DNA of 64,000 nucleotides from Planctomycetota bacterium (GCA_965223265.1 OZ244999.1:4576001-4640000); one strand, 5' to 3'. Positions 1-12,593 are shown, counted from the stretch's first letter. Translations and numbers: made by a program. The notes: generated from the sequence alone by a model not told the origin.

Positions 1-121
1 AAGTGGCTGCGCGCCTCGTTGTGCAGTGAACCGCGCAGCGATGATTCACCCGGAAGACTCAGCTCAAACACGGGGGCGCTTCGCGAACGGCCGGTTGGCA
101 GCGCCGCGCCAATGGGCGTTC

Positions 122-3100
122 TCATCTGGGGCCTCCGTCTTTGTCAGGGCCGTCGCCGTCTGGCAGTGTCTTCTGTAGCTCAATGTTCAAGCCGAGGCCC
201 TTGATCTCATGCGTCAATACGTGGAACGAAACAGGAGTCCCTGGCTCCAGCGTGTTCTCGCCCTTCACCATGGACTCGTAGATTTTGGCACGGCCGTCGA
301 CGTCGTCTGACTTGACGGTGAGTAGCTCCTGCAAGATGTTCGCGGCGCCATAAGCCTCGAGCGCCCACACCTCCATCTCGCCGAAGCGCTGACCACCGAA
401 TCGCGCCTTGCCGCCGAGAGGCTGTTGGGTGATGAGCGAATAGGGGCCGGTAGCCCGCGCGTGAATCTTGTCGTCCACCAAGTGGTGGAGCTTCAGCATG
501 TACAAGTAGCCCACGGTGACGCGCTGCTCAAAGGCTTCGCCGGTGCGCCCGTCGAATAGCTGAGCTTTGCCATCCGCGGGCAGCTCGGAATCGTGAAGTG
601 CCTCCTTGATGTCGCCCTCGTTGCAGCCGTCGAAGACTGGCGTCACAGCACGGTAGCCGAGACGCGACGCCGCCCACCCGAGGTGTGTCTCAAGGATCTG
701 GCCGAGATTCATACGGGACGGGACGCCGAGCGGGTTGAGCACCATTTCCACTGGAGTGCCGTCGTCAAGAAACGGCATGTCCTCCTCGGCCATGATCTTC
801 GCGATCACTCCCTTGTTCCCGTGTCGTCCGGCCATCTTGTCGCCGACCGAAAGGTTGCGCTTGGTCGCGACGTACACCTTGACCATCTCCAAGACGCCCG
901 GAGGCAACTCATCGCCGCGGGTTAGCCGATTAGTGACGCGCGTCTTCTGGTCCTCGATCGCCTCCAGCTTGGCGAAATGAATCCGCAGGCAGTCCTTGAT
1001 CTGCTGCGCCTTACTCGGCGTGCGGCCTTCGATGAGGGTCTCGACCCGCAAGAGCATCTTGACGGCACCGACGCTCTCCATCTCAGCCAATCGGATCGTG
1101 GTCACGGCCTTACCGTCCGAACCAACAGGCTTCTTGCCGAGGATCTTCGTGAGCTCTTGAATCAACAGGTCCAGCTGCGCGGCGCGTTTCTGGTCATACT
1201 CGCCATGCGCTGTCGCCAGCTCTTCCTTGCTCTTCTTACGATCTTCATCGCTGAGGTACGACTTGCGCGAAAAGCGGTGCGCGCCAATGACCACGCCCTC
1301 GACTCCTGACGGCACTTCCAGTGAGTCGTTCTTCACGTCCTCGCCGGCGCGTCCGAAGATCGCGTGCAACAGCTTTTCTTCAGGCGAAAGCTCGCTCTTC
1401 GACTTGGGCACAACCTTACCGACAAGGATATCACCCTGCTTCACGGCCGTGCCGATGCGGACCACACCGGTCTCATCCAGATTGCGGAGGACGCGCTCGG
1501 AGACGTTCGGAATCTCGCGCGTGAATTCCTCGCGCCCGAGTTTGGTCTCGCGAATCTCGACCTCAAACTCGTCCAAATGCACTGAGGTGTAGGCGTCGTC
1601 CTTGACCAGCTTCTCGCTGACGAGGATGGCGTCCTCAAAGTTGTAGCCGTCCCAGCTCATGAACGCGACCAGCACGTTGCGCCCAAGCGCGAGCTCGCCG
1701 TTTTTGGTCGCTGCACCGTCAGCAAGCACCTGCCCCTTTTTCACCTTCTCGCCGACTTTGACGATGGGCTTCTGATTGAGGCAAGTCCGCTCGTTAAGCT
1801 TCTGAAACTTGCGCAGCAAGTATTCGTCTTCGTCGTCGATGACGACGCGGTTGGCGTCGACGGCCGTCACTTGTCCTTCACGTCGGGCGGTGACCACCAT
1901 ACCGGAGTAACGCGCCACCTCGGTCTCCATACCGGTGCCAACGAGCGGCGGTTCGGTGCGCAGAAGCGGCACCGCCTGGCGCTGCATGTTCGAGCCCATG
2001 AGGGCGCGGTTGGCGTCGTCGTGTTCCAAGAAGGGGATGAGCGCCGCGGAGACGCCGACCATCTGCTGCGGCGACACGTCGATGTAGTCAATCTCTGCCG
2101 GCGCCACGAGCTTGAAATCGCCGTTGCGCCGCGCCAAGACCAGATTGCCTTCGATCTTGCCGTTTTTATCGACGGCAATGTCGGCGGGGGCGAGCCAACG
2201 GTTTTCCTCCTCATCGGCGCGCAGGTGGACGGTCTTACCTGAGACCTTTCCCTTCTTCACCTCGAGGTAAGGCGTGATGAGGAAGCCGTACTCGTCAATC
2301 GAAGCAAAGACACCCAACGAGGAAATCAAGCCAATGTTCGTTCCTTCAGGCGTCTCAATGGGACAGATGCGCCCGTAGTGCGAGATGTGAACGTCACGCA
2401 CTTCGAAGCCAGCACGTTTACGGTTGAGCCCTCCAGGTCCCAGAGCACTCAATCGACGCTCGTGCGTCAGCTGCGACAGTGGGTTGGTTTGGTCAACCAC
2501 CTGTGACAGCTCGCCGCGACCGAAGAAGAACTCGATCGCGCTCGAGATGGTCTTCGAGTTGATGACGCTGCGCGGCGTGAGCGCCTCCTTGTCCATGATG
2601 CTCATGCGCTCCTGGACGGTGCGCTTCAGCTTGAGGAATCCTTTGCGCAGCTCCTCGCCGGCGAGCTCTTCAATCGTTCGCACGCGACGATTGCCGAGGT
2701 GGTCAATGTCATCGACCTCACCGTTGTTGATGCGGAGGTCGAGAACATACTGAATGGAGTTGATGATGTCGTCCTGGTGGAGCGTCATCTCATTTTCAGC
2801 AACACTCTGACCGAACTTTCGATTGATGCGGAATCGACCGACTCGGCCTAGGCGATACTTGCTGGAGTTGTAGAACTTCTCATGGAAGAGCTCTTTCGCC
2901 TTCGCAATTTGCGCTGGGTTGCCCGGTCGCAGCCGTTGATAGATGCGAATCAACGCATCCTCGTGGTTCTTCGACAAGTCTTCCTTGAGCGTGTTGAGGA
3001 TCAGTGGATCCCGAACGTCGGTGATGACGCGAATGACGCGGTCTTTGCCGCCGACTTGACGCTTCTCTTTGTCGGTGAAGAGGGACTGTGCGAACGTCTC

Positions 3101-3862
3101 GGTGATGACCTCACCGCATTCGAGCAAGATCTCGCCGGTCGATTCATTGACGATGTCGTCGGCACAGATCAGCCCCTTCACTTTGTCGACCCACTTGTCG
3201 CCGGAGAGCTTGACATCCTGCACGGGGTAGAAGAGCTCGATGAGATTCCGGTTCGACGCAAAGTCCTCGGTCATGGCACGCAGGAAGCACGTCGCCGGAA
3301 ACTTGCCGCTTTGGTCGATGCGGATCGTGAGGATATCCTTCTTGGTGACGTTGAGCTCGATCCAGCTGCCACGCTCCGGAATGATGCGGCAGCAGTGAAG
3401 ACGCTTCTCGCTGGTGTGAAGCTCCTCGGAGAAGTCAACGCCGGGCGAACGGTGCAGCTGGCTGACGATGACACGTTCTGCGCCGTTGATGATGAACTCG
3501 CCGCCACCGATCATGATCGGCAGCTCACCGAGGTACACCTCTTCCTCGATCGGCTCGTCCTTCTCCAGCCGCACCCGAATCTTGAACGGCATACCGTAGG
3601 TCAAGCGCAGCTGCCGGCACTCATCCGGCATGTAGCGCGGACGCCCAAGCTCGTAGCCGACATACTCAAGCCCGATCTTGCCGTCGTAACTCTTGATGGG
3701 AAAGATCTCGCGCAAGATCGCTTCGAGACCCACGTTTTCTCGGTCAGTATAGTGGACGTCAGCCTGAAGAAAGCGATCGTAGGCCTCGATCTGGAGCCGC
3801 ATGAGGTTTGGCACCGGAATCGCTTCCCGGTTCTTTCCAAAACGGCGAATCGCTAAAGCCAT
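122..3862 (-). CDS. rpoB: DNA-directed RNA polymerase subunit beta
   Basis: 1246 aa; motifs [70 protein letters not shown]. Confidence 0.99.
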   Translation of the reverse strand: MALAIRRFGKNREAIPVPNLMRLQIEAYDRFLQADVHYTDRENVGLEAILREIFPIKSYDGKIGLEYVGYELGRPRYMPDECRQLRLTYGMPFKIRVRLEKDEPIEEEVYLGELPIMIGGGEFIINGAERVIVSQLHRSPGVDFSEELHTSEKRLHCCRIIPERGSWIELNVTKKDILTIRIDQSGKFPATCFLRAMTEDFASNRNLIELFYPVQDVKLSGDKWVDKVKGLICADDIVNESTGEILLECGEVITETFAQSLFTDKEKRQVGGKDRVIRVITDVRDPLILNTLKEDLSKNHEDALIRIYQRLRPGNPAQIAKAKELFHEKFYNSSKYRLGRVGRFRINRKFGQSVAENEMTLHQDDIINSIQYVLDLRINNGEVDDIDHLGNRRVRTIEELAGEELRKGFLKLKRTVQERMSIMDKEALTPRSVINSKTISSAIEFFFGRGELSQVVDQTNPLSQLTHERRLSALGPGGLNRKRAGFEVRDVHISHYGRICPIETPEGTNIGLISSLGVFASIDEYGFLITPYLEVKKGKVSGKTVHLRADEEENRWLAPADIAVDKNGKIEGNLVLARRNGDFKLVAPAEIDYIDVSPQQMVGVSAALIPFLEHDDANRALMGSNMQRQAVPLLRTEPPLVGTGMETEVARYSGMVVTARREGQVTAVDANRVVIDDEDEYLLRKFQKLNERTCLNQKPIVKVGEKVKKGQVLADGAATKNGELALGRNVLVAFMSWDGYNFEDAILVSEKLVKDDAYTSVHLDEFEVEIRETKLGREEFTREIPNVSERVLRNLDETGVVRIGTAVKQGDILVGKVVPKSKSELSPEEKLLHAIFGRAGEDVKNDSLEVPSGVEGVVIGAHRFSRKSYLSDEDRKKSKEELATAHGEYDQKRAAQLDLLIQELTKILGKKPVGSDGKAVTTIRLAEMESVGAVKMLLRVETLIEGRTPSKAQQIKDCLRIHFAKLEAIEDQKTRVTNRLTRGDELPPGVLEMVKVYVATKRNLSVGDKMAGRHGNKGVIAKIMAEEDMPFLDDGTPVEMVLNPLGVPSRMNLGQILETHLGWAASRLGYRAVTPVFDGCNEGDIKEALHDSELPADGKAQLFDGRTGEAFEQRVTVGYLYMLKLHHLVDDKIHARATGPYSLITQQPLGGKARFGGQRFGEMEVWALEAYGAANILQELLTVKSDDVDGRAKIYESMVKGENTLEPGTPVSFHVLTHEIKGLGLNIELQKTLPDGDGPDKDGGPR

Positions 3863-4316
3863 CGACAGACCTCCAAATGGTTCGGTTCAGACCCGAGTTC
3901 AATCAACCGAGAAAAGCGCCTCAACGCACTTCGTCCGAGAAAAGACCCATTCCGGCGAACTTCGTTTGAGCAAAACGTTCGAGCGAGACACACACGCGAC
4001 CGACGCCCGACGTTTCACCGCGGCGAATCGTCGCACGAGCGATTGTTGGACCCTGCCGCCGCGGTTCGAGAGCTGGTCGTGACCCGCCGAGAAGCACTGC
4101 CTCCAACGGCACGAAAGCGGCGACACTCGGAAGGTCGTTCCACAAGTCAAAGCACCTCACCGCGGACGCGCCGCTCTCTCTTCACGCAACCAACTCTTCA
4201 CGCCGTCGCCATCTTGCTCGTCACGTCACTGACTTCCCGCTATTAGCTTCCAGCGATTGGGCACCAGGGTTCGGACGCAACACTGGCCCGAACCGCGGCA
4301 CCCACCAGCGAACTCA

Positions 4317-4730
4317 CTACTTGAGCTCGACCTCGGCGCCAGCCTCTTCGAGCTGCGCCTTGAGCTTTTCCGCCTCGTCCTTGGGTAGCCCTTCCTTCAC
4401 CGGCTTCGGTGCACCCTCGACAAGATCCTTGGCCTCCTTCAGGCCGAGGCTCGTGATCGCTCGCACCTCTTTGATGACCTGGATCTTCTTGGCACCGCCA
4501 CTCTTGAGGATGACGTCGAACGTCGACTTCGCTTCCGCCGCTTCATCACCGCCGCCGCCGGGCATCGGCCCAACTGCAGCAACCGCAGCTGCGGCCGGCT
4601 TGATCCCCTTCGCTTCAAGAGCTTCTTGCAGCTCGAGGAGCTCCATGACGTTCAGCTCCATGAAGGAATCGACAATTTTCGTCACTTTCTCTGAGAAGGT
4701 TTTGGCTTCCGTAGTGGCTTCTTCCGACAT
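4317..4730 (-). CDS. rplL: 50S ribosomal protein L7/L12
   Basis: Ala-rich hinge; [29 protein letters not shown]; position before rpoB. Confidence 0.98.
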   Translation of the reverse strand: MSEEATTEAKTFSEKVTKIVDSFMELNVMELLELQEALEAKGIKPAAAAVAAVGPMPGGGGDEAAEAKSTFDVILKSGGAKKIQVIKEVRAITSLGLKEAKDLVEGAPKPVKEGLPKDEAEKLKAQLEEAGAEVELK

Positions 4731-4818
4731 GACCGTCCAGCCTCCTTGTGGCCTTCGCGCTTGCTCTTGCTAACTCAATTGACCAGTAAGCCCGCTTCCG
4801 TTCACGCCTGACCGCGCC

Positions 4819-4848
4819 GCGCGGTGTCGCGCGGTGTCGCGCGGTGTC
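4819..4848. repeat. 10-bp tandem repeat (GCGCGGTGTC)x3 in the rplJ-rplL spacer
   Basis: Three consecutive exact copies read directly. Confidence 0.85.
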
Positions 4849-4902
4849 GAGCGCCGAAGCTGGGTTTGAGAATTCAACGATGGAAAAACCTTCGCGCCGA
4901 CT

Positions 4903-5427
4903 CTATCCGTCCTGCGCGTCGTGATGCGCCTTGACACAGCCGGCGAAGTGAGCCGTGAGGCTCTTCGCGCAGCTACTCATGTGCGTCAGTGGCGCCAAAA
5001 ACTGCGACATCACCTGCTGTCGGAGCACTTCGGGCTCCGGAATCGCCGCCAACCGCTCGATGTCCGCCGGCTGCAGCACGCGCCCCTGGAAGAAGCCGCC
5101 GCGGATCTCAGCGACCTCCTTGTTCTTTTTGCGCCAGTTGACGATGCCGCGCGACGCGGTGAACGCGCCCTCGCCACCCATGAGAACAGCGATCGGACCA
5201 GTCAAGAGTGTGTTGAATTCGTCGTCGAGACCGATCTCGCTGAAGACTCTTTGAGCCAGTCGGTTGCGCACGACATTCATCTGCACACCCTGCTGCCGCA
5301 GCGTCGAACGAAGATCCTCTGTGACCTCCGCGCTCAATCCCCTGAAGTCGATCAAGACACAGCCGTCCATGTCTTGGAACCGCGCCTTCAGGTCCTCACA
5401 AATCAGTTGTTTGAGTTCTCTAGCCAT
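4903..5427 (-). CDS. rplJ: 50S ribosomal protein L10
   Basis: 174 aa; IDFRGLS, LR..LRQQG, VVRNRLA, LTGPIAV; synteny rplA-rplJ-rplL. Confidence 0.95.
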   Translation of the reverse strand: MARELKQLICEDLKARFQDMDGCVLIDFRGLSAEVTEDLRSTLRQQGVQMNVVRNRLAQRVFSEIGLDDEFNTLLTGPIAVLMGGEGAFTASRGIVNWRKKNKEVAEIRGGFFQGRVLQPADIERLAAIPEPEVLRQQVMSQFLAPLTHMSSCAKSLTAHFAGCVKAHHDAQDG

Positions 5428-5486
5428 GACGGTTCTACCGATCGCTCCGGGTCATGAAAGTCCGCCGCGCGGACCGCAATGTCACA

Positions 5487-6170
5487 TCACCCACTGACGC
5501 TTAACCGCACCCCAGGGCTCATCGTCGCGGAAATCGCTGCCTTTTGCAGATAAACCCCCTTCGCCGATGCGGGTTTCACCGATCGCAGATGCTCAAGAAA
5601 AGCCTCGACGTTGTCGACCAGCTGGTCCTTCTTGAACGATTTCTTGCCCATGGGAGCGTGAACGTTGCCGCCGCCGTCGCTGCGAAACTCGACCTTGCCC
5701 GCAACGAATTCCTTGACTGCTTGGCCGACGTTGTCTGTCACCGTGCCCGACTTGGGCGACGGCATTTTACCGTGCGGCCCTAAGACGCGCCCCAGCTTAC
5801 CGACGTGGCGCATCATCGCAGGATGAGCAATCGCGACATCGAAATCGAGCCAGCCATCAAGAATCTTCTTCGCCAAATCCTCACCACCGACGGCGCTGGC
5901 GCCGGCTGCTTCAGCCTCGGCGGCCGCCGGCCCCTCCGCGAAGGCAATCACACGCGTCTGCTTGCCGATCCCGTGCGGGAGCGAAAACGCACCGCGGACG
6001 TTCTGTTGCGAGTTCTTGGGGTCGATCCCGAGCTTGACGGCGATCTCGACCGTCTCGTCGAACTTCGCACTCTCAAAATTCAAGAGGACTTCGACCGCTT
6101 CAGTAACGGGCAAAAGCTCCTGTGAACACTTTATTCTATTTCTACCGAATTTCTTCGACGTTCGCGCCAT
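5487..6170 (-). CDS. rplA: 50S ribosomal protein L1
   Basis: [42 protein letters not shown]. Confidence 0.98.
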   Translation of the reverse strand: MARTSKKFGRNRIKCSQELLPVTEAVEVLLNFESAKFDETVEIAVKLGIDPKNSQQNVRGAFSLPHGIGKQTRVIAFAEGPAAAEAEAAGASAVGGEDLAKKILDGWLDFDVAIAHPAMMRHVGKLGRVLGPHGKMPSPKSGTVTDNVGQAVKEFVAGKVEFRSDGGGNVHAPMGKKSFKKDQLVDNVEAFLEHLRSVKPASAKGVYLQKAAISATMSPGVRLSVSG

Positions 6171-6385
6171 CAGAATCCTCCTGCGAGAACCAAAGTCGAT
6201 TCTCTCCCGCGCTCGCGGTCATCGTCTGCGATCCATCCGATCACGTGCCCGAGAAGCTCCTCATTCGCATCGCGCTCGACCGACACCTTGAGCGACGATG
6301 GGACACGCGCTCCCCTTGCGGCTTCGAGGGCGCGCCGGCTCAGAAAACGGACCTTCCAAAAGAGCTCCCCGGGACCAAACGCACA

Positions 6386-6414
6386 GTTTTAGCCAGTCGC
6401 CAGGTCAAATGCAA
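6386..6414 (-). promoter_or_regulatory. Putative sigma70 promoter upstream of rplA
   Basis: Minus strand TTGCAT-N17-TAAAAC in a ~330-bp rplK-rplA gap. Confidence 0.4.
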
Positions 6415-6498
6415 GGGGCGGGTGCGGGAAATCTTAAGTACCCAACCCGGGCGGCGGCGCTGAGCGCCCGACAGGACGCGAGGACAGCCTCCAGCCCC

Positions 6499-6930
6499 TC
6501 AAACCTGGACTTCGACCCCCATGCTGCGGCAGGTCCCCTCGATCAGGCGCACGGCGGAGTCGAGACTGCCAGCGTTGAGGTCTGCCATCTTCGTCTTGGC
6601 AATCTCCTCAAGCTGGGTCCGGGTGATCGAGCCGACGGTCTCCCGCCCCGGCGTGTTCGCCCCCTTGGCGAGGCCCACTGCCTGGCGCACAAGCACGGCG
6701 GCGGGCGGGGATTTGAGCACGAAGTCAAAGCTACGATCTGCGTAGACACTCAGCTCGACGGGGATGACGGTGCCCTGCTGGTCGCTGGTGCGGGAATTGA
6801 ACTGCGAAACAAACTCACCGATGTTGACCCCGTGCTGGCCGAGGGCCGGCCCCACGGGCGGCGCCGGCGTGGCTTGACCACCAACGATTTGCAATTTGAT
6901 CTTGGCTTTGACTTCTCTTTTCGGCGGCAT
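6499..6930 (-). CDS. rplK: 50S ribosomal protein L11
   Basis: [28 protein letters not shown]. Confidence 0.98.
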   Translation of the reverse strand: MPPKREVKAKIKLQIVGGQATPAPPVGPALGQHGVNIGEFVSQFNSRTSDQQGTVIPVELSVYADRSFDFVLKSPPAAVLVRQAVGLAKGANTPGRETVGSITRTQLEEIAKTKMADLNAGSLDSAVRLIEGTCRSMGVEVQV

Positions 6931-7010
6931 GATTCGTCTCGTTGTCGCGCCTGGATTTCGGGGGGAATTGACGGGGGTGACGACGCCACCACCGTTCGTG
7001 GAAGAGCTCC

Positions 7011-7541
7011 TCAGATGCGCTCGACCTGCCAGTATTCCAGATCGACCGGCGTGGCTCTACCAAAAATCGTCACGATAACACGCACCTGCCCCTTGGTCGG
7101 AAAGATCTCGTCGACGGTGCCGTCGAAGTTCTCAAACGGCCCCTCTTTGATCTTGACGCTGTTTCCAGCCTCGAGATCGATCTTCAGCTCCGGCGCCTCG
7201 TCCTTGTCCTTCATGGTGTTGAGGACCTTTTCGACTTCCGCCGGGGGCAGCGGCAACGGCCGCTGCTGGGAGCCGACAAAGTCGCCGATGCCGTTGGTCT
7301 CCTTGATCAGGTACCAGACGTCGTCGGTCAAATCCATCTCAACGATCAAGTAACCCGGGTAGAGCTTCCGTTCCTTGAAGCGTTTCTTACCACCCTTGAT
7401 CTCCGAGACCTTCTCGGTCGGCACCAGAATCGTCGGGACCTCTTCCTCGAGCCCCGCCAGTTGCACCTTCTTCTGCAGGGCATCGCGAAGCGTCGACTCG
7501 CGGCCGCTGGCAACCCTCAATACGTACCACTCAAGCACCAT
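7011..7541 (-). CDS. nusG: Transcription termination/antitermination factor NusG
   Basis: [19 protein letters not shown] motif [21 protein letters not shown]; ATG 7541 chosen for upstream GGAGAG. Confidence 0.97.
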   Translation of the reverse strand: MVLEWYVLRVASGRESTLRDALQKKVQLAGLEEEVPTILVPTEKVSEIKGGKKRFKERKLYPGYLIVEMDLTDDVWYLIKETNGIGDFVGSQQRPLPLPPAEVEKVLNTMKDKDEAPELKIDLEAGNSVKIKEGPFENFDGTVDEIFPTKGQVRVIVTIFGRATPVDLEYWQVERI

Positions 7542-7738
7542 AGCGTGATGTCTCTCCGAGTCCACTCACCACCACACGATACTGAAAACCGATAGAATCG
7601 CCGCAGCCGCAACACTTGGAACCGCGATGGAGTCGGTTGGGAGCAGTCGATCGCATCATGACAGCCGAAGGAAGGCGGTCGTCCATCTCGAGTGCCGGCG
7701 CCCCCTCAAAGCTCCGGGGTTTTGTAGATAATAGGGCG

Positions 7739-7767
7739 ACTATAGCGGACTCCGAGGAGCAAGACAA
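7739..7767 (-). promoter_or_regulatory. Putative sigma70 promoter upstream of nusG
   Basis: Minus strand TTGTCT-N17-TATAGT in the ~400-bp secE-nusG gap. Confidence 0.5.
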
Positions 7768-7968
7768 TAGCCGGCGCGCTGGGCGAGGCGACCGATCGGC
7801 GCCTCCCACCGAGACGCGTCCCCCACACACTTCTTGTCACCGTCTGCCTGAAAAAGTGCTTCGAGCCGAAAACGGATCTCGTCGCGTCCGAATCGAGGCG
7901 TGACGGCTATAGGGTGTATAGGGCGCCTCGGTGACGTGACTCACATCGGCTGCGGGTAAAACCAGCGA

Positions 7969-8367
7969 TCAGGAGCCAGGATAGATCAAACTCCGCCCGA
8001 AGAAAAAGATCGCGTCCCAAAAAACGATGTAAAACATCATGATCACGACCGTCACCACGACGACGACGGACGCATTGATCTCTTCCTGCCTGGTCGGCCA
8101 AGTGACCTTGTTCTTCAGCTCGGACTCGGTGTCGATCAAGAAATCGACTGCCTTGCGGTGGTTGAAGAGCCACACGCCGAAGGCGACCGCTGCCAGCAGT
8201 AAAGGCCCCTGGATCAACCAGCGATAGTCGAACCAACCGCCCCACGCCTCCTTCTCGGGCAACGTCGCGCCGACCACCTGGACGGCGTAGAGCGCGACAA
8301 CGCCGACGACGAACATGAGGCAGCCGCGCCCCCATTTCCCTTGACCTTCCTTATAGATCTTCCACAC
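7969..8367 (-). CDS. secE: Preprotein translocase subunit SecE (three-TM type)
   Basis: IYKEGQGKWGR N-terminus, FLIDTESELKNKVTWPTRQE motif, final TM; between tRNA-Trp and nusG. Confidence 0.93.
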   Translation of the reverse strand: MWKIYKEGQGKWGRGCLMFVVGVVALYAVQVVGATLPEKEAWGGWFDYRWLIQGPLLLAAVAFGVWLFNHRKAVDFLIDTESELKNKVTWPTRQEEINASVVVVVTVVIMMFYIVFWDAIFFFGRSLIYPGS

Positions 8368-8523
8368 GGCTCAACTCAACCTCACTGTCAGTCCACTGCT
8401 GACTCGTTCTCTGTCGTTCTCGATCGGCCTTGCGGCAGCGACGAAGATCCCGCCGCTGCAGACGAATACCGACGCCCGAAAAGTACGAAACACCAGCAAC
8501 GCGGCTATTCAAATCCAAAAACG

Positions 8524-8599
8524 TGGCAGGCCAGGAGGGACTCGAACCCCCAACTTACGGATTTGGAATCCGTTGCTCTACCAATTGAACTACTGGCCT
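8524..8599 (-). tRNA. tRNA-Trp (CCA)
   Basis: 76-nt cloverleaf AGGCCAG...CTGGCCTGCCA, anticodon loop TTCCAAA, GTTCGAG T-loop, CCA end. Confidence 0.97.
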
Positions 8600-8676
8600 A
8601 CGGTCGACGAAAAGAGCCGGCGACGCCCACCCATGAGCCGTCAGGCACCCCGGGCGGGTGTCGCCACCCATCCCAC

Positions 8677-9870
8677 TCACTCCGTGATCTTGACCACAAC
8701 ACCGGCACCGACTGTGCGGCCACCTTCGCGAATCGCGAAACGCAGTCCCTCCTCACAGGCGATTGGTGTGATCAGCTCGATCTCCATCGTGATGTTGTCT
8801 CCCGGCATGCACATCTCGGCGCCGCCCTGCAGCTGAATCGAGCCGGTGACGTCCGTTGTCCGGAAAAAGAACTGCGGCCGATAGCCGGAAAAGAACGGCG
8901 TGTGGCGCCCGCCTTCCTCCTTCGTCAGAACGTAGACCTCAGCGTCGAATTTCGTGTGCGGGGTGATGCTGCCTGGTTTCGCCAGCACCTGACCGCGCTC
9001 CAGGTCCTCTTTGTCGACGCCGCGAAGGAGACAACCGACGTTGTCGCCGGCCAGGCCCTCGTTGAGCGTCTTGTTGAACATTTCAACACCGGTCACCGTC
9101 GTCTTACGGACGTCGTTGGTGAGCCCGACAATCTCGATTTCGTCGCCGGTGTTGACCTGGCCGCGCTCGATACGTCCGGTACCAACCGTACCGCGGCCCT
9201 TGATGCTGAACACATCTTCGACCGGCATCAGGAACGGTTTGTCCACGTCGCGTTTCGGCTCGGGGATGTACTCATCGACCGCTTTCATGAGCTCAACGAT
9301 ACAGCCCGATTTCGCCTCATCCTCGGGGTTCTCCAGTGCCTGAAGCGCCGAGCCAGAGATCACGGGAATATCGTCGCCCGGAAACTCGTACTTCGACAGC
9401 AGCTCTCGTACCTCAAGCTCCACGAGCTCCAGGAGCTCTTCGTCATCCACCATGTCGACCTTGTTGAGGAAGACGACGATGCGCGGCACGCCGACTTGGC
9501 GAGCCAGTAGAATGTGCTCGCGCGTCTGCGGCATGGGGCCGTCAGCGGCACTGACGACGAGAATCGCGCCATCCATTTGGGCCGCACCCGTCACCATGTT
9601 CTTGACGTAGTCAGCGTGTCCCGGACAGTCGACGTGGGCGTAGTGGCGGTTCTCCGTTTCGTACTCGACATGCGCCGTGTTGATCGTGATTCCGCGCTCA
9701 CGCTCTTCGGGAGCGTTGTCGATCTCTTCGAAGCTTTTCTCTGCCGACAGCCCACGCTTGGCCAAGACCTGCGTGATCGCCGCAGTCAGCGTCGTTTTAC
9801 CATGGTCGACGTGGCCAATTGTGCCAATGTTGACGTGGGGTTTGGTCCTTTCAAATACTTCCTTTGCCAT
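8677..9870 (-). CDS. tuf: Elongation factor Tu
   Basis: [39 protein letters not shown]. Confidence 0.99.
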   Translation of the reverse strand: MAKEVFERTKPHVNIGTIGHVDHGKTTLTAAITQVLAKRGLSAEKSFEEIDNAPEERERGITINTAHVEYETENRHYAHVDCPGHADYVKNMVTGAAQMDGAILVVSAADGPMPQTREHILLARQVGVPRIVVFLNKVDMVDDEELLELVELEVRELLSKYEFPGDDIPVISGSALQALENPEDEAKSGCIVELMKAVDEYIPEPKRDVDKPFLMPVEDVFSIKGRGTVGTGRIERGQVNTGDEIEIVGLTNDVRKTTVTGVEMFNKTLNEGLAGDNVGCLLRGVDKEDLERGQVLAKPGSITPHTKFDAEVYVLTKEEGGRHTPFFSGYRPQFFFRTTDVTGSIQLQGGAEMCMPGDNITMEIELITPIACEEGLRFAIREGGRTVGAGVVVKITE

Positions 9871-10035
9871 GGATGGCGAACTCCTTTCGCTCCCACTAAA
9901 TAAGCACCGTCACAGACGACCGAGACGAACAATGAGTTGATGCGGACCGAACAAGTGCTTCCGAAGCGGTGAAACACCCGGAATCGCAGTCGACTGATCG
10001 CGTCAAACCATGAGGCGCAAACTGTAATCTTCAAA

Positions 10036-10111
<76 letters not shown>

Positions 10112-10126
10112 GTGGACAACTTGTTT

Positions 10127-10190
10127 CGTAACTACCGGACGTAACTACCGGACGCAACTCGAAGGGACGCGACACTCGAAGGGACGCGAC
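10127..10190. repeat. Two short tandem duplications in the tRNA spacer: (CGTAACTACCGGA)x2 and (ACTCGAAGGGACGCGAC)x2
   Basis: 13-bp pair at 10127-10152 and 17-bp pair at 10157-10190, read directly. Confidence 0.8.
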
Positions 10191-10232
10191 CCCGCAGCGC
10201 GAGTTCGTCCTCATACTTTTCGTCAGCAAACT

Positions 10233-10306
10233 TGGAGCGGGTGAAGGGAATCGAACCCTCGTAACCAGCTTGGAAGGCTGGCGCTTTACCATTAAGCTAC
10301 ACCCGC
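10233..10306 (-). tRNA. tRNA-Gly (TCC)
   Basis: GCGGGTG acceptor, CCAGC-CTTCCAA-GCTGG anticodon arm, CCA end. Confidence 0.97.
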
Positions 10307-10534
10307 GTGTCATTCCTGCATTACCAATAGAATTCCGCCTGGCCGCCCGCGGCTGAATGGATCCGCGGTCGAAGATCCCGGCAAGCATAACTGCGGGAGC
10401 GACCTCTTTGCATCTTTTTCGGCATTTCGTCGCAATCCACAGCACTGAAAAAACGGGCGCGCGGAGAACAACAACGCGCCCCCCGGCGGACACGCTCGAC
10501 GCTCGCGCCACGCTTGCGACCGGGAGGAAATTTG

Positions 10535-10619
10535 TGGTGGGCAGGAGTGGATTCGAACCACTGAAGCTTGACGCAACGGGTTTACAGCCCGTCCCCTTTG
10601 GCCACTTGGGTACCTGCCC
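10535..10619 (-). tRNA. tRNA-Tyr (GTA)
   Basis: 85 nt with long variable arm; ACGGG-CTGTAAA-CCCGT anticodon arm; CCA end. Confidence 0.96.
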
Positions 10620-10723
10620 CGAGTCGCAACCGGCAACATGTTTTCAAAGACCGACGGTGCACAGCACCGAGATCAAGAGAGCCGAACACGCCCGCGAGTG
10701 CGTTCGGCTCCATCGACTTCATG

Positions 10724-10795
<72 letters not shown>

Positions 10796-10885
10796 GGAAA
10801 GCTTTCTCAGACAACCGTTTGAGAAACTGCCCGGCGGCAACCGGGAGCCGACAAAAACGGCCGTCTACCGACGTAAAGTCGCGAG

Positions 10886-10913
10886 ATTATAACTGTGAGA
10901 CCCCGCCATGCAA
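10886..10913 (-). promoter_or_regulatory. Promoter of the tRNA-tuf operon
   Basis: Minus strand TTGCAT-N16-TATAAT with T-rich UP-like tract upstream; 16-bp spacer is typical of stable-RNA promoters. Confidence 0.7.
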
Positions 10914-11117
10914 CGAAAAAACAACTAAAAATGGCACCCATGCGGGAGGGCAAAAAGCCTTTGCCCGTAAGCACTTAGGCTGCCGCGTGGGGGCGATCGC
11001 ACGCGTCTCGACGCGCCTTGCCGCCCACGGCCAGGTCGGCGTCACGGCGCCAGGTGAAACCTTGGCCAAATGTGGGCGAAAACGCTCGCCCCATAAGTCC
11101 GGGAGAACATTTCCGGA

Positions 11118-12593
11118 TCAGTCCAGCGACCGATGCCAGCGCGTGCCTTCGGCGCCGTCCTTGATGACGATTCCGGCAGCCGCGAGTTCGTCGCGAATGC
11201 GGTCGGCAGCGGCGAAATCCTTGGCGTTCCGGGCCGTGCGCCTCTCTTCGATCGCCGCCTCGATGCGCTCGCTCGACCAGCCCGGGACGACCTCTTCCGA
11301 GCCGCCGGATTCCCCGACGCGAGCCGCCGCTTCGCGGTCGAGGACGCCCAGGACTGAATCCCAGCGCGCCAGCACCGCCGCGGCTCGCCCCCCCGCTTGG
11401 CGACTGCGAACGCTCGAGTAGGCGGCGGAGCAAAACTCGTGCACCACCCCAAGGGCCCCTGACGTGTTCAAATCGTCGTCGAGTGCGGCGACAAACGCTG
11501 CGTCGCTCTCTCGGCTGAGAGCCTCGAGGTTCTCAAGCTCGCCGGCAGCAGGCTGGCACTCCGGGAGACTTTCCATGTTGAGTCGAAACTCGCGCAGATA
11601 GCGCAGATTCTTGCGCGCGTCGTCCAGTCCCTGGAACGTGAAATTCGACTGGCTCCGGTAGTGGGAGCTGACAAGCGCATAGCGGATTTCTAGGCCATCG
11701 TAGCCCCGCCCGAGGAGATCACGCACGGTGTAAAAGTTCCCCGCCGACTTCGACATCTTCTTTCCCTCCACGAAAATGTGCCGGCGGTGGAGCCAGTAGC
11801 GCGCGAAAACCTCGTCTTTGCCAGCCGAAGACTGCGCGATCTCGCACTCGTGGTGGGGAAAGATATTGTCCTCGCCACCGGTGTGAATGTCGATCCGTGG
11901 CCCTAAGTACCGCCGGGCCATCGCCGAACACTCGATATGCCATCCCGGGAACCCCTCGCCCCAGGGGCTTTCCCACTTCATCAGATGCTTCGGATCCTTC
12001 TTCCAGAGCGTGAAATCGAGCGGACTTTTCTTGTGAGGGTCCTCCTCGACACGAGACCCCGCGACGAGCTGCTCCGGGGTGTTGCCGCTGAGCACTCCGT
12101 AAGACGGAAACCGGGCGATCTCGAAATAAACCTGATCGTTCGCCTGGTACGCCAGCCCAAGAGCCATGAGCTCCTGGATCATTTCAATCATCTCGGTGAT
12201 GTGATCGGTGGCGCGCGGGTAACGCTCCGCTTCACGCAAGTTCAATTGCTTGCGATCTTCGTGGAACGCATCTTCGAACTCGCGGGCGATCTCCCAGATG
12301 TCTTTTTTTCGTTCACGCGCGGCTTTCTCCAGCTTGTCCTCGCCCTGGGCATCGGCCAGGTCGTCGTCGGTCAGGTGCCCGACGTCGGTGATGTTCATGA
12401 TCTGGCGCACCTTGAAGCCGCGGTACTCGAGGTGGCGCCTGAGAACGTCGGCCATGACGAATGATGCGAAGTTACCGATGTGCGCGTAGCTGTAGACGGT
12501 TGGGCCACAGTTGTACATGGTGACTTCGCCGGGAGTCAGTGGTCGAAACTCCTCTTTGCGCTTCGAGAGCGTGTTGTAGAGCTTGAGAGTCAT
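11118..12593 (-). CDS. cysS: Cysteine--tRNA ligase
   Basis: LYNTL, YNCGPTVY, HIGN, GFPGWHIECSAM, DIHTGGED..FPHHECEIAQ, KMSKS; ATG overlaps the ispF stop (ATGA). Confidence 0.98.
   Translation of the reverse strand: MTLKLYNTLSKRKEEFRPLTPGEVTMYNCGPTVYSYAHIGNFASFVMADVLRRHLEYRGFKVRQIMNITDVGHLTDDDLADAQGEDKLEKAARERKKDIWEIAREFEDAFHEDRKQLNLREAERYPRATDHITEMIEMIQELMALGLAYQANDQVYFEIARFPSYGVLSGNTPEQLVAGSRVEEDPHKKSPLDFTLWKKDPKHLMKWESPWGEGFPGWHIECSAMARRYLGPRIDIHTGGEDNIFPHHECEIAQSSAGKDEVFARYWLHRRHIFVEGKKMSKSAGNFYTVRDLLGRGYDGLEIRYALVSSHYRSQSNFTFQGLDDARKNLRYLREFRLNMESLPECQPAAGELENLEALSRESDAAFVAALDDDLNTSGALGVVHEFCSAAYSSVRSRQAGGRAAAVLARWDSVLGVLDREAAARVGESGGSEEVVPGWSSERIEAAIEERRTARNAKDFAAADRIRDELAAAGIVIKDGAEGTRWHRSLD

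Noticed and set aside
10233-10248. TGGAGCGGGTGAAGGG shared with 29707 as an att pair for a 19-kb island
   Set aside because: Both are complete Gly tRNA isoacceptors and the interval holds core genes such as cysS and ispDF.
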